Below, one piece after another: positions 27,099-37,178 of a stretch of DNA of 64,000 bases. This stretch comes from an uncultured Planctomycetales bacterium (GTDB lineage Bacteria; Omnitrophota; Gorgyraeia; Zapsychrales; JAHFFX01), in contig CAZTCI010000003.1 in assembly GCA_964612665.1 (NCBI GenBank), positions 207,734-271,733 on the forward strand, in the 5' to 3' direction. A program made the translations under genes and the position numbers. Below the pieces are notes generated by a model. The model had not been told where the DNA came from. It did no database searches and saw only the letters and a program-made list of their open reading frames with translations. The first letter of the stretch is position 1; every line of letters begins with the position of its first letter.

Positions 27099-28163
27099 TT
27101 ATTCCCTTCCGCCCAGCAAAAACCGGTTTAAGATCTCATTTCTTTTAATTAACGATGTTGATAGGAAAAGACACAAACCAATAAAAAAGGCGGCGGCTAA
27201 AGGCGCATACACGGCGAGAAAAACTGGTCCATTGAAATTAAAACTGACCCCCAGGCGGTCAATAACTCTAGGGTAAATTGCTTCAAGAATGAAAATTTGA
27301 ATCAAATAAATATCTAACGAATATCTTCCAATAAAATCTAAAAGCGGCGCTGCCTTCTTCTTTGAAATATATTTTCCAACAATGAAAGTAATCAATATCC
27401 CTAAAAATCCCATGAGGTATCGATAAAAAAACCTTAACACTTCACCCCAATACTGTGCTGAGTCAAAACTCATTTTATTTATGTAAATGTAATCTTGATT
27501 CGTCCAATACTGGATTAACACAGCGAATAGGACGACGGCAGCGGCAAACATGATTCCGCTGATCCGTGGATTGTTAAGGTTTAACTTATACCGGTTACTG
27601 AAATATCCCGCCGCATAGAAAGGATAAAACCATTTAATATTAAAAAGAGAAAAAGAACAGTTATAAGGAATTAATAGAATCAAACCATATAGGATGGCAA
27701 AGATGATGATTCCAAACCGCGTTTCCAATTGAATACAACACAATAAAACGCAGCTCAAAACAAACAGCGTAAATAAAAACCAGACGAGCGGATGGATCAA
27801 TAATTGATCGATCAAATTCAAAGGCCAATGGATTATCTCGGCGACATTTTTCTTTTCTACAATACTTAAAAAACAATTAGCCATAAAAACCAGGAAGCCC
27901 CAGGATATAAAAGGAACAAGCAGGCTTTGACATCTCATTTTGAAAACTTCTAAAACACTTCGTCGACTAAAACTGACAGCGATTAAATATCCGCTGATAA
28001 AAACAAATAACGGCATGTGAAACGTATAAATCACCCGGAAAATCGGATTGAGAAAGAAATCCTCTCCCCTAGGCACCATCGTGTGTTGAATAACATGCCC
28101 GTAAACGACCAGAATGATGGCGATTCCCCGGACAGTGCTTATTGTAAAATTTTTATTTTCCAT
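27099..28163 (-). CDS. Acyltransferase family 3 (OatA/OafA-like membrane O-acyltransferase)
   Basis: About 10 transmembrane helices with VRGIAIILVVYGHV and FHMPLFVFISGYL motifs. The start is set at MENKNFT. Confidence 0.6.
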   Translation of the reverse strand: MENKNFTISTVRGIAIILVVYGHVIQHTMVPRGEDFFLNPIFRVIYTFHMPLFVFISGYLIAVSFSRRSVLEVFKMRCQSLLVPFISWGFLVFMANCFLSIVEKKNVAEIIHWPLNLIDQLLIHPLVWFLFTLFVLSCVLLCCIQLETRFGIIIFAILYGLILLIPYNCSFSLFNIKWFYPFYAAGYFSNRYKLNLNNPRISGIMFAAAVVLFAVLIQYWTNQDYIYINKMSFDSAQYWGEVLRFFYRYLMGFLGILITFIVGKYISKKKAAPLLDFIGRYSLDIYLIQIFILEAIYPRVIDRLGVSFNFNGPVFLAVYAPLAAAFFIGLCLFLSTSLIKRNEILNRFLLGGRE

Positions 28164-28231
28164 ACCGTTACACTTCAATCCCGCGCACAACATTTGCATC
28201 GTTCAATCGTCATGTTATAATACGCGCCACT

Positions 28232-29104
28232 ATGAAAAAAACAACCGAATTATTTAAAGCCAAAGAGCGGACTTACAGTTTTGAACTCTTTCCACCAAAA
28301 ACGCCAGAGGGTTATGAAAAACTTTTGCATACAATAACCCAGCTATGCGCGTTGAAACCGGATTTTATTTCTGTGACTTACGGCGCCGGCGGCGGAAGCC
28401 GGGATAAAACAATCGATTTGGTCGATCATATCCAAAGGAAGCACAATGTCGTCGGTGTCGCACACTTGACTTGTGTCTGCCATACGCGGGAAGAAATTAA
28501 AACCATTTTAGAAAATATAAAAAAACGCGGGATCCAAAATGTCCTGGCGCTGCGTGGCGATCCGCCCAAAGATAATCCCAATTGGCAGCCGGGAACGGAA
28601 AATTTTAAATACAGTTCGGAATTATGCAGTTTTATCCGTCAGCATTTTGATCATTATTTCGGTATTGGTGTTGCCGGATTTCCTGAAGGACATTTGCTGT
28701 GTCGTGACCGCGAACGTGACGCTCAGTATCTTAAATCAAAAATTGACGCAGGCGCCGACTACGTTATCACTCAGCTTTTTTTTGATAACCAAGATTATTT
28801 TGATTATGTCAAACGGTTAAGAAAACTCGGCGTGACGGCGAGAGTTTTGCCAGGAATTATTCCGATTACAGACTACAAAGCCTTACAAAATTTTTGCCAG
28901 CTGTGCGGCGCAGGTATTCCTCAAAAAGTGCACTCTCTTTTCTCTCCGATTCAAAATGATAAAGAAAAAATGCTTCGGGCAGGAATTGATTTTGCTATTG
29001 AACAATGTCGCGAGCTTTTGGCTGGTGGGGCGCCAGGATTGCATTTTTATACTTTAAATAAAATTAATCCGGTTGATATGATTCTTTCCGCTGTCCGATT
29101 GTAA
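28232..29104 (+). CDS. metF: 5,10-methylenetetrahydrofolate reductase
   Basis: 290 aa with SFELFPPKT and SVTYGAGGGSR motifs. Confidence 0.75.
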   Translation: MKKTTELFKAKERTYSFELFPPKTPEGYEKLLHTITQLCALKPDFISVTYGAGGGSRDKTIDLVDHIQRKHNVVGVAHLTCVCHTREEIKTILENIKKRGIQNVLALRGDPPKDNPNWQPGTENFKYSSELCSFIRQHFDHYFGIGVAGFPEGHLLCRDRERDAQYLKSKIDAGADYVITQLFFDNQDYFDYVKRLRKLGVTARVLPGIIPITDYKALQNFCQLCGAGIPQKVHSLFSPIQNDKEKMLRAGIDFAIEQCRELLAGGAPGLHFYTLNKINPVDMILSAVRL

Positions 29105-29116
29105 AATCCGTGGCGT

Positions 29117-29536
29117 TTACATTGTTTGAATCCATTGTTCAACCTTCGCGTGGATTTCATCCCGAATCTCCCGCGTGCGACTCAAACGTTCTTCCTCAGA
29201 ACCTTTCAATCCCGACGGGTCGGGGAAACCCCAATGCAACCGCTTAGTCTTTCCAGGAAAAATCGGACATCGCTCAGCGCTGGTTTCATCACAGACTGTA
29301 ATCACATAATCAAATGGTTCTTGGGATTCCATAAAACACTGGACGCTTTTTGTTTTATTCCTAGAGATATCAATACTAACTTCCTGCATCGCTTTCACAA
29401 CGATTGGGTTGAGCGTTCCGGGTTCCAAACCCGCGCTCTTGGCTTCAAACTTGCCACGGCCAAAATAATTTAGAAACGCCTCAGCCATTTGACTGCGGGC
29501 GCTGTTGTGGATGCAAATGAAGAGAACTTTTATCAT
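29117..29536 (-). CDS. arsC: Arsenate reductase, thioredoxin-coupled LMW-PTP family (ArsC)
   Basis: [13 protein letters not shown]-loop, [10 protein letters not shown] and RLHWGFPDP, closely following Bacillus-type ArsC. Confidence 0.65.
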   Translation of the reverse strand: MIKVLFICIHNSARSQMAEAFLNYFGRGKFEAKSAGLEPGTLNPIVVKAMQEVSIDISRNKTKSVQCFMESQEPFDYVITVCDETSAERCPIFPGKTKRLHWGFPDPSGLKGSEEERLSRTREIRDEIHAKVEQWIQTM

Positions 29537-29556
29537 TCTGATATCAGCTAGTGTAA

Positions 29557-29619
29557 GGTCACAAAGTCATCCGTCACCAGGTCAGCATGTTTGTGAATGG
29601 TGACTTTATGACCTGGTAA
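29557..29619. repeat. Intergenic inverted-repeat element GGTCACAAAGTCATC..GGTGACTTTATGACC with an overlapping second pair TCACCAGGTCA/TGACCTGGTAA
   Basis: Read directly. Lies between arsC and the PLDc_N gene. Confidence 0.4.
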
Positions 29620-29642
29620 CCAATCATCTTTTTAAAACAGGA

Positions 29643-30254
29643 TTACGGAGATTGCTTTTTCTTCTTTAACTCTTCAACAAAATCTTCCAACGCTTTGCGC
29701 GTCATGGTGTGGCGGTTTTCAAACTTGTCCATCCAATTGTTATATTCCTCGACGGTAATCCGGTGATCCTCAGAAATCAGGTCAAAATATTCCAAAAGCG
29801 CAACCGCTTTGAATTTGGCGTCGAAATCCTGCCACCAGCTGCCTTTCATTTCCTCCTGCAGACTTAACAGACTGGAGTTGAGATTCATGAGCTCTTCTTT
29901 CGAAATCGTTTCGTTCGACATTTGTTTAATCGCCGCCATCTTCGTTTGCACCCCTTCAATGGATTCTGACATTAAATAATTCATCGCCCACGCCGTAAAA
30001 ATGAAAAACGCCAAGCCCGTGACTATCGCTATGGATGAAAACCACTTAAAAAGCTTTTTGCCTGACCCAAAAATCCCATAAACAATACTGCCCAGCGGCC
30101 AGGTAAAAAACATAACCAGTATCCAAATAACTTTGGCGAGCTTGCTTAACGGCGAGATCGCGCATTGGATAATGGTCCAGAGGGGATAAACAATCACAAA
30201 AAAAATGACGAGCAGAAGAAAAACAATAATCACTAAAAAGCCTAATGTCATCAT
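29643..30254 (-). CDS. Membrane protein with a PLDc_N (phospholipase-D-nuclease N-terminal) domain and a cytoplasmic C-terminal domain of unknown function
   Basis: Three N-terminal transmembrane helices with the WILVMFFTWPLGSIVYGIFG signature. Confidence 0.45.
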   Translation of the reverse strand: MMTLGFLVIIVFLLLVIFFVIVYPLWTIIQCAISPLSKLAKVIWILVMFFTWPLGSIVYGIFGSGKKLFKWFSSIAIVTGLAFFIFTAWAMNYLMSESIEGVQTKMAAIKQMSNETISKEELMNLNSSLLSLQEEMKGSWWQDFDAKFKAVALLEYFDLISEDHRITVEEYNNWMDKFENRHTMTRKALEDFVEELKKKKQSP

Positions 30255-30481
30255 AATTGCTCGATAATTTTAAGATATTCTGCCGTACTAATTCTTAAAG
30301 TTCGAAGATTACTTTTAATTTCAAATATCGGCAGGTCTTTTTTGGTGCGGACTATAACGGGGCGAAGCAGATCACCTCGATTCCATACGCGATGATCTCC
30401 TTCTTGGCGGACTAGATGACAACCGATGGTATTCAAAAACTGCTCAAATTTCTTATAATGAATTGGACGAATGGCAGGCAT
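30251..30481 (-). CDS. hicA: Type II toxin, HicA family (YcfA-like mRNA interferase)
   Basis: 76 aa; GCHLVRQEGDHRVW (GSH/GDH catalytic motif). Confidence 0.55.
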   Translation of the reverse strand: MPAIRPIHYKKFEQFLNTIGCHLVRQEGDHRVWNRGDLLRPVIVRTKKDLPIFEIKSNLRTLRISTAEYLKIIEQL

Positions 30482-30775
30482 TTATGATGCGATAGGAATT
30501 TCTATGTCTCTACTCTCTTGACCGATGATACGGGGAGGAGTCCAAGTCTTTTTTACTTTTTCCCAGCCATACTCTTGTAGAACTTCTTGCCACGTTCCTT
30601 TTTTACTCACTTCCTCGACGAATAATTTCAAACTGTGAGCAAAAGATTTTTCAGCATCTTCAAAAGAATCTCCGTGGGCCGCCAGATCAAACGCAGGAGA
30701 ATAACAAATAAAAACATCTCCTTCTTTAAGGTAAAGGACTGGAATATTGGCTTTAATTGTAGATGGTTTCAACAT
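30482..30775 (-). CDS. hicB: HicB-family antitoxin (UPF0150/RNase-H-like fold)
   Basis: 97 aa; VLYLKEGDVFICYSPAFDLAAHGDSFEDAEKSF matches UPF0150. Abuts hicA. Confidence 0.5.
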   Translation of the reverse strand: MLKPSTIKANIPVLYLKEGDVFICYSPAFDLAAHGDSFEDAEKSFAHSLKLFVEEVSKKGTWQEVLQEYGWEKVKKTWTPPRIIGQESRDIEIPIAS

Positions 30776-30836
30776 ATTTAACCTTGAAATCTTTGATGTT
30801 ATTAAAAATATACTATTTGCCTATAACAAAAGCAAG

Positions 30837-32093
30837 CTATGTTTGTGGAATTAGATCGCCGGGATTTATTTCCTGCCAGCGGACGATATTAGCGATAAAG
30901 GGTAGAAAAGGAATTTTACGGTTGGTTCGAAGCTGACTGTTGTAGCTATAGTTACGGGTTTGATAGACATTTAAATCCGCCGCGGTGCGGACATTGTCAC
31001 CTCGAACAGCGATGGCACCGGAAAAATTGATGGTGTTTTTCGAAAATTTATCGCCATCAGCCACGAAAATGCCGCCGCGGGAATTATCTCCCCCATCGGC
31101 CATTATAAAGGCATCAATCGTGATATCACTCGCCGCATTTTGAGGGATAATCACATCTTTTTTAGCAAGCAATCCTAATTGGGGGAGTGCCGCGCGTTCG
31201 GTGTCGGTACTTGCGGTCGCTGTCTTGACATCATTTTCAATATAGATATTGCCGCCGGCAACAAATAACATCGAATCCTTGATGTCGCCCGAAATATAAA
31301 TATCACCCTCGGCAAAAACCAATCCGTTAGAACTATTTAAACTTGGTAAATCAATGTCCCCGCTATACACAAATTTATCACCGGAAAAATACCGGCCGTT
31401 CGCTTGAGCGATTGCGCGATAACGGTCTAAGTCAACGCCCGCGAAAGTCACCGTTGGGAATTGTTTGACTTGACCATTTACTTTGACCGATGGATCAGGA
31501 ATGCCTGACACACTATTTAAATAAAAAACATCTTGAACAGTAATCTGCGGTGGAGACGGTGGCAGCCCATTGTTCACATCAAAAAAGATATCTTTCCCTA
31601 ATATAGCTTCATCAAATGAAGACCCGCTGCCAATCCGTAAATTCCCGACCGTCGAAACAAAAAAATCCGCCGGGTTTGAAATAATGACGCGCGCTAAAAT
31701 ACTGCGCGTGATTTTGCCATCCTTGTCTTTCCCGGTTGATTTCACCCGCACCGATTGAAACACATTAAAATCCGGGGCGGTTGCCAACTGCAAGCTATAA
31801 AATCCTATTGTCGTCGCTGGATCGCTCTGAACAACCCTCAACGGGCTATCACTAACTGCGGGCTCGCCATTTTCGCCTGGCCGCCAGGCGGGTTGCTGAC
31901 GAATCCGATAGATGGCAACTTGCACACCGGTTTCAGCGGCGTAAAAAGCTTGCTGTGAGGCCAAACGCTGTTTACTCTCTTCCAATTGCATTTGACTACG
32001 CAAAAAAGCGCCGCCCAAAAGTATAGACAAAAATAAAACCAGCATCACACTGGCGATAAAGACAAATCCCTGATTATTTTTAATTGATCGCAT
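30837..32093 (-). CDS. Type IV pilus minor component, PilX-like (PilX_N N-terminal helix plus beta-helix region)
   Basis: NQGFVFIASVMLVLFLSILLGGAF N-terminus; located in the pilus cluster. Confidence 0.5.
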   Translation of the reverse strand: MRSIKNNQGFVFIASVMLVLFLSILLGGAFLRSQMQLEESKQRLASQQAFYAAETGVQVAIYRIRQQPAWRPGENGEPAVSDSPLRVVQSDPATTIGFYSLQLATAPDFNVFQSVRVKSTGKDKDGKITRSILARVIISNPADFFVSTVGNLRIGSGSSFDEAILGKDIFFDVNNGLPPSPPQITVQDVFYLNSVSGIPDPSVKVNGQVKQFPTVTFAGVDLDRYRAIAQANGRYFSGDKFVYSGDIDLPSLNSSNGLVFAEGDIYISGDIKDSMLFVAGGNIYIENDVKTATASTDTERAALPQLGLLAKKDVIIPQNAASDITIDAFIMADGGDNSRGGIFVADGDKFSKNTINFSGAIAVRGDNVRTAADLNVYQTRNYSYNSQLRTNRKIPFLPFIANIVRWQEINPGDLIPQT

Positions 32094-32094
32094 A

Positions 32095-32580
32095 TCAATT
32101 GCGCGGATAAATTTCGGTTGCGGAACTCAGTGTCACCGGATGACCCAGAACCTGGTCTTTTAAAGCCAAAGTCAATAGGAACGACTTTCCTTGCCGGTTA
32201 AAATTGGAATTCGTAAAATCAACTCTGGTTGACGCCGTGTAATCATTTTGGCCGGTGCGGCTGATGACAAATTCACCGGTGTCTTTGATTGTATAAACGC
32301 CTAATAATTTTCCGTCGGGATCAATGAATGCCGCTTGTTTGATATTTGAACTTTGGTTGACATTAACTTGTTTGGCGAAACGTCCGTCGTACACGACCTT
32401 ATCCACCATCTCATCCAGTTCCTGACTCAAATCCGCCCGCGCGATAAAAGATTCAAACGATTCCCAGTTCATAAAGAAAACTGTGTAAAAAATCCCAATT
32501 GAAATTCCTAAAATGGCGACGACGGTTACGATTTCAACGAGGCTAAAACCTTTCTTAGTCTTTAATGTTAGCATCGTCAT
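32095..32580 (-). CDS. Type IV minor pilin / pseudopilin with a prepilin N-terminal methylation motif
   Basis: KKGFSLVEIVTVVAILGISIGIF (G|FxLxE class III signal). Confidence 0.65.
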   Translation of the reverse strand: MTMLTLKTKKGFSLVEIVTVVAILGISIGIFYTVFFMNWESFESFIARADLSQELDEMVDKVVYDGRFAKQVNVNQSSNIKQAAFIDPDGKLLGVYTIKDTGEFVISRTGQNDYTASTRVDFTNSNFNRQGKSFLLTLALKDQVLGHPVTLSSATEIYPRN

Positions 32581-32584
32581 TATT

Positions 32585-34660
32585 TTAAAAACTCCCGCGC
32601 GGAATCAGTTTGATATCAAAATTCTTAGATTGTCCGGCGGTTAAGGTAAACGGACCGCTGGTGTACGATTCGTAGAGTTCAGTTTGACTTATATCGACGG
32701 AATGATTGCGCACCGCCTGCTGATATTTTTTATTGCCAACTAATGACGGCGGCGGCCAAGTCTCTGGAACATTATTCACAGTAAAGCGGCCGCTGCTATC
32801 GGTCACCGCCGATAAACTGCCGCCTGTTCCTAAATTAATAAATACCGAAATGCCTGGTATAGGAAGATTATTGCCCGCATTACGGACAGTTCCTGTCACC
32901 GTTCCAAATCCTTTAGGCCAAAGACCGATATCAGAAACCGGGATACTAACTAATTTAACCACCGTAACCGCCCCGCGCGCCGCATACCAGGTGTTGCCAG
33001 CGGTTGTGAAAGAATAATAATTATTCTTTGAAGCAGTAACATCGGTTGCCCCGACGGGAAGCCGAAAACCCAACGCCGCAGTTGTGCATTGAAAAATATA
33101 ATCTCCACTGCCATTGGTGGTTTGGCCATAGCCTGACATTCCGACGGATGCTGAAGAAATGGATGCTCCGGTTTTATCATCTTTCACGTTGCCCTGCGCA
33201 TTACCGCAGTCTTGAGTATTGGGTGATATGTCTACGGTGATATCTTGAGTGATAACATTGCCAGGAAAAAACGGCGCCCGCATCGTCGGGCTGAATTTAA
33301 GGACTGTGGATGGTTCAGTACAACATTGAATAAAAGGCGCGTTGGCTTCAGCCCACCACTGCGCATAAAATCCTGAGCTGTTAGGAAAAAGCCCCTGCTC
33401 TGCCGGGACAACAACTTCATAATAGCCGGTACTATCTGTTTTCCCGACGGGCGCGCTTGGCCAAAGTGTATTATCGTGCCAGCGCACTCTCACATCGGCG
33501 CCTTTAATAGGATTACCCGCTTTATCGCGTACGATTCCTTTAACTATTGCTGTCGGAACTTTGACGAGCGGAATATTCTGCGTCAGATTATCGCCAGGAT
33601 TGACACACAAACGGTCCGTTGTTGCGTTACCATTCCAGGCATTTGAACAATTAATAGTATTCGCCCCAACAACAGCCGAACTCCATCCGTCGGCTTGAAA
33701 TGGAAACGTGCAGGCAAAATTTCCGGCGTAACCAGATTTATAAGCATTTTTGGTTGCCAGCGTAAAACACTGCTTATTGCTGTTATTGAAAGGAATTGTA
33801 AAATTAAAACTTCCCGTGCCCGTCGCCTGCTGCTGGCGGTTTCCGTCGTCGTATAAATTAATTTGCGACTGACTTGAAAATCCAAGCTGGACAGCGGTAA
33901 GCGCATCTAAAAGTTTGCCAGAAATATGCGCATCCGTTGGCTTTGCCGTCATCGAAAAACTGATTTCCTCCTCTTCATTTGAAGAAATAATAATGTCTTG
34001 AGGATAAGTAAAATCAACATAACCGCTTCTCTTGGCCGTTAACCGCCAATTTCCGACGGGTAATATAAAACGCCCGGTATTGGGTTCGGCAAAAGTAAAA
34101 TTGACTTGTTTATTATCAGGACGGGCTAAAACTTGGTTTGACGAAAAGGTTGTGGAGTTATTGGCACCGCCTGTGCTCGTGATTGTCAGTTGAACATTGC
34201 CAAGAATGGCATTGGTTGTCTTATCTCGAACCATGCCGATAACATTGCCTGGCAAAGGTTCGGGCGGACGGGCCAATAAAATAATAGAATCAAGAGTTTT
34301 GGTCTCGCCGAATTCCTGCCATCTGACGATAATGTGCGCACGTTTAAGTTCGGTTGTTCCCTCGGATGTGACGTCTAACGCGCGGGTGAATTCTGAAAAT
34401 TGCGTGGATATATCGGAAAACCCGCAAGTATTCATCGTTGGAGAAGTACACGCTTCTAAGGTATCGAAACGGTCTTGTGCGATACGAATAACTTCTTCCT
34501 GACTTTTCGTGATGAGATTTTCAGCTAATATGCGATGACGTGTGACTTGAGCGGTAGGACTAAGAACACTAACGGCCATCCAACTGGCAGCGCTGACGAC
34601 GACCACGACGACCAGACTGACCAAGACTTCCGTCAAGGTAAAGGCTTTTGAGTTCTTCAT
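32585..34660 (-). CDS. Large (691 aa) pilin-like protein with a prepilin-type N-terminus and carboxypeptidase-regulatory-like beta-sandwich repeats. Candidate pilus-tip adhesin
   Basis: SKAFTLTEVLVSLVVVVVV N-terminus and GIVRDKAGNPIKGADVRV type repeats. Confidence 0.5.
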   Translation of the reverse strand: MKNSKAFTLTEVLVSLVVVVVVSAASWMAVSVLSPTAQVTRHRILAENLITKSQEEVIRIAQDRFDTLEACTSPTMNTCGFSDISTQFSEFTRALDVTSEGTTELKRAHIIVRWQEFGETKTLDSIILLARPPEPLPGNVIGMVRDKTTNAILGNVQLTITSTGGANNSTTFSSNQVLARPDNKQVNFTFAEPNTGRFILPVGNWRLTAKRSGYVDFTYPQDIIISSNEEEEISFSMTAKPTDAHISGKLLDALTAVQLGFSSQSQINLYDDGNRQQQATGTGSFNFTIPFNNSNKQCFTLATKNAYKSGYAGNFACTFPFQADGWSSAVVGANTINCSNAWNGNATTDRLCVNPGDNLTQNIPLVKVPTAIVKGIVRDKAGNPIKGADVRVRWHDNTLWPSAPVGKTDSTGYYEVVVPAEQGLFPNSSGFYAQWWAEANAPFIQCCTEPSTVLKFSPTMRAPFFPGNVITQDITVDISPNTQDCGNAQGNVKDDKTGASISSASVGMSGYGQTTNGSGDYIFQCTTAALGFRLPVGATDVTASKNNYYSFTTAGNTWYAARGAVTVVKLVSIPVSDIGLWPKGFGTVTGTVRNAGNNLPIPGISVFINLGTGGSLSAVTDSSGRFTVNNVPETWPPPSLVGNKKYQQAVRNHSVDISQTELYESYTSGPFTLTAGQSKNFDIKLIPRGSF

Positions 34661-34670
34661 TAAAATGATA

Positions 34671-34792
34671 GGTTAAGGTAACGATACCCGTTTCGTTAAG
34701 AGGTTAAGGTTAGGTGGCAAAAACCATTCAGCTTTTGACCTTACCATGACCTGTTACCGAAACAGGCTTCTTAACCTTAACCGTTACCAGGA
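34671..34792. repeat. AT-rich long imperfect palindrome (GGTTAAGGTAACG...CGTTACC motifs) between pilQ and the large pilin gene
   Basis: Left 34671-34712 is approximately the reverse complement of 34750-34792. Confidence 0.45.
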
Positions 34793-34794
34793 AG

Positions 34795-36678
34795 TTATGG
34801 TTTGCCGTTTATGATAACAGGCGTGACGGTAATAATCAATTCTGAATCTATGACCGAATGCTTTTGGTAACTGAACAAATTACCTAAAAGCGGGACCTGC
34901 CCTAATAAAGGAATGCGGTAATAATTCTTGGTATCTTCCTGATTTAATAAGCCGCCTAAAACAAAAGGCTGTTTGTTCGGCACGCGTACAAACGCGGTCG
35001 CGTTTCGGGTCTTGACCCACGGATACTGGTCTTGTGGTCCGCGGAAAGAAAAGATAAAGCTCACCTCGGGTTCAATTTTAATCACCACAAAATCGTTATC
35101 AATGATAGACGGTGTAATCTTTAAGCGGATACCCGGTTCAACGAAACGCACCTCTGTCGTCGCCACGCCGCCGGCCACTGTTGTAATTGTATAAGGAATG
35201 CGGTCACCGACGAAGATTTCTGATTCTTGGTTATTGAGCGTCATGATCCGCGGGTTGGAAAGAACTTTGGCTTTATTATTATTTTCAAGCATGCGGATCA
35301 CCGCATCAAATTGAATAGGATTGCGGGCAAAGGAATACAGTTTAAAGACTTGTCCAGGAGAGTCTTCAACGTTCGAAAATGTCGCCGGGCGTCCGGATTC
35401 TTGATAACTGGTTGTGATGGCATCAGACCAATCAACACCCAAATCCTTCAAAGCATCTTTATTGATCTCAATAATCTTAGCTTCCAAAACAACCTGCGGC
35501 TGAGGAACATCCACTTTCTTGACGAGATCTTCAACTTTTTTAATTTCATCCGCGGTCCCAACCACAACGAGCGAGTTAGTATCTTCACTGACGTTAATAC
35601 TCTCAAGCACGTTGTGCGTCATGGTTTTAATTTCCTGGGCTTTGATGTAACGCAGTTTGATAACACGGTTGAGCAAATTTTCATTATGGATTCTTTCTTT
35701 CGTCGTCACAAAAAGCGATTGGCCGACTTTCTTAAAAGCCAGATTATAGGAATCCGCCATCAAACTTAAAGCCTCACGGATTGGAACATTCTTAAGATGC
35801 AATGCCAAGGTATTAGCCTTTAACGCTGGATCAAGCACAATATTGGTTTCAATGACATCACCGATTGTGCGAAAAATGTTTTCCAAACTTGTCTCATCAA
35901 AATCCAAGTCCATGGTCCTGTCTTTATTTTCCGGTTTAATCACGCTGTCTAAAATCTGGTCGGAACTTAAAAACGTTGCGGTTTCTTCTTTAGACATAGC
36001 TTCTTCGACTTTATTTTCCGCCGGCAACGGAATGGTCTTGGCTTCGGCGAATGATTTATCAATCGATTGGTGTTTAATAAGTGTATCGATATTCTCCGGA
36101 CGCGCGCCCTCGAGCTCAGCAGGCTTGGTGGTTTCTTGAGCGCTCGTAATGACGACCGGTGTTTCTTTAGTGACTACCTTCTGTGGACTAACCGTTTCTT
36201 CCGGAGAAGTTTTTTTAACATCGGATTCTTGAACCGCCGGCGGTTCTTCGGCGGAAGAATTAGCTTTTTCGTTTACATCTGAAGTAACAGCTGGCTCTTC
36301 TTTACTTCCAGTTGTCTCGCTCCCATTGGTATCAGAAGTGTGATCGGAAGTATCCGCGGGCGCCGGTTCTTTTTTAAGAATGTTATCTGGAAGTTCCGTC
36401 GGAATGGCGTTAGAACCGGTTGAGAAAGCAACCTCCTTTTTAGAAGGTTCGGTTGAAACCAGATGCATTGAACTTTTTAAAGCCTGAACTTCATTGAGAA
36501 GAAGCGCTTTTTCGCTCGTGCTCGATGAAAAATTTTGCGTTGGCTGGGCAGAAGATTTTTGGGCCGCTGGCTGACTTATACTCCGCCAAGGATTTACCGT
36601 CTCCTGCTGAAGGCTCTCGGCCGATCCACCCATAATGGCCCAGAGCAAAATCAAGGTTAATAATATATGTTTTTTCAT
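34795..36678 (-). CDS. pilQ: Type IV pilus secretin PilQ
   Basis: Signal peptide and a low-complexity S/T/E/P-rich N-terminal region. The C-terminal secretin domain has VLSNPRIMTLNNQESEIFVGDRIPY...ITVTPVII. Confidence 0.75.
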   Translation of the reverse strand: MKKHILLTLILLWAIMGGSAESLQQETVNPWRSISQPAAQKSSAQPTQNFSSSTSEKALLLNEVQALKSSMHLVSTEPSKKEVAFSTGSNAIPTELPDNILKKEPAPADTSDHTSDTNGSETTGSKEEPAVTSDVNEKANSSAEEPPAVQESDVKKTSPEETVSPQKVVTKETPVVITSAQETTKPAELEGARPENIDTLIKHQSIDKSFAEAKTIPLPAENKVEEAMSKEETATFLSSDQILDSVIKPENKDRTMDLDFDETSLENIFRTIGDVIETNIVLDPALKANTLALHLKNVPIREALSLMADSYNLAFKKVGQSLFVTTKERIHNENLLNRVIKLRYIKAQEIKTMTHNVLESINVSEDTNSLVVVGTADEIKKVEDLVKKVDVPQPQVVLEAKIIEINKDALKDLGVDWSDAITTSYQESGRPATFSNVEDSPGQVFKLYSFARNPIQFDAVIRMLENNNKAKVLSNPRIMTLNNQESEIFVGDRIPYTITTVAGGVATTEVRFVEPGIRLKITPSIIDNDFVVIKIEPEVSFIFSFRGPQDQYPWVKTRNATAFVRVPNKQPFVLGGLLNQEDTKNYYRIPLLGQVPLLGNLFSYQKHSVIDSELIITVTPVIINGKP

Positions 36679-37178
36679 TTTCTTTTAATGTCCTCTCTTT
36701 TCTTCTCAATTTCGGAATTACCCGATTTAAAGATGACCCGGTCTGAGTCAATCTGATTGATAACGTAATTGCGCAGCGTATCACCGACTTTAAAAATGCC
36801 TGTTTTATTACTCATCTTTAAATAAGCCCGGACTTCGCTGCCGAATTTGACCACCCCAATCAAGGCAACATCATCTAGATTTGCCGGTTCGGCTAATGGC
36901 GAGACTGAATTGTCCTGGCCTTGAGCATTGATTTCTTCAGCGATCAGCGGTTTAAATGGATCGCGGCTTACGCTCAATGGTTTTTTTTCAGGTTTCAGAA
37001 TGATCTTCGCCAGTTCCGGACTTTGAATGTATTCAATCAATGGTTTTTCCTCGACGGGCGCGGCGGCTGTCTTCTTTTGAAAAAGCGGCTTACCTAACGC
37101 CATATTCTTTAATACGTCGCATCCCGTTAAAGAAACGAGGAGAATGACCACAATATATATCATCCATTTTTTTGTCAT
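36675..37178 (-). CDS. pilP: Pilus assembly lipoprotein PilP-like
   Basis: Lipobox LVSLTGC; 167 aa; located between pilO and pilQ. Confidence 0.5.
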   Translation of the reverse strand: MTKKWMIYIVVILLVSLTGCDVLKNMALGKPLFQKKTAAAPVEEKPLIEYIQSPELAKIILKPEKKPLSVSRDPFKPLIAEEINAQGQDNSVSPLAEPANLDDVALIGVVKFGSEVRAYLKMSNKTGIFKVGDTLRNYVINQIDSDRVIFKSGNSEIEKKREDIKRK

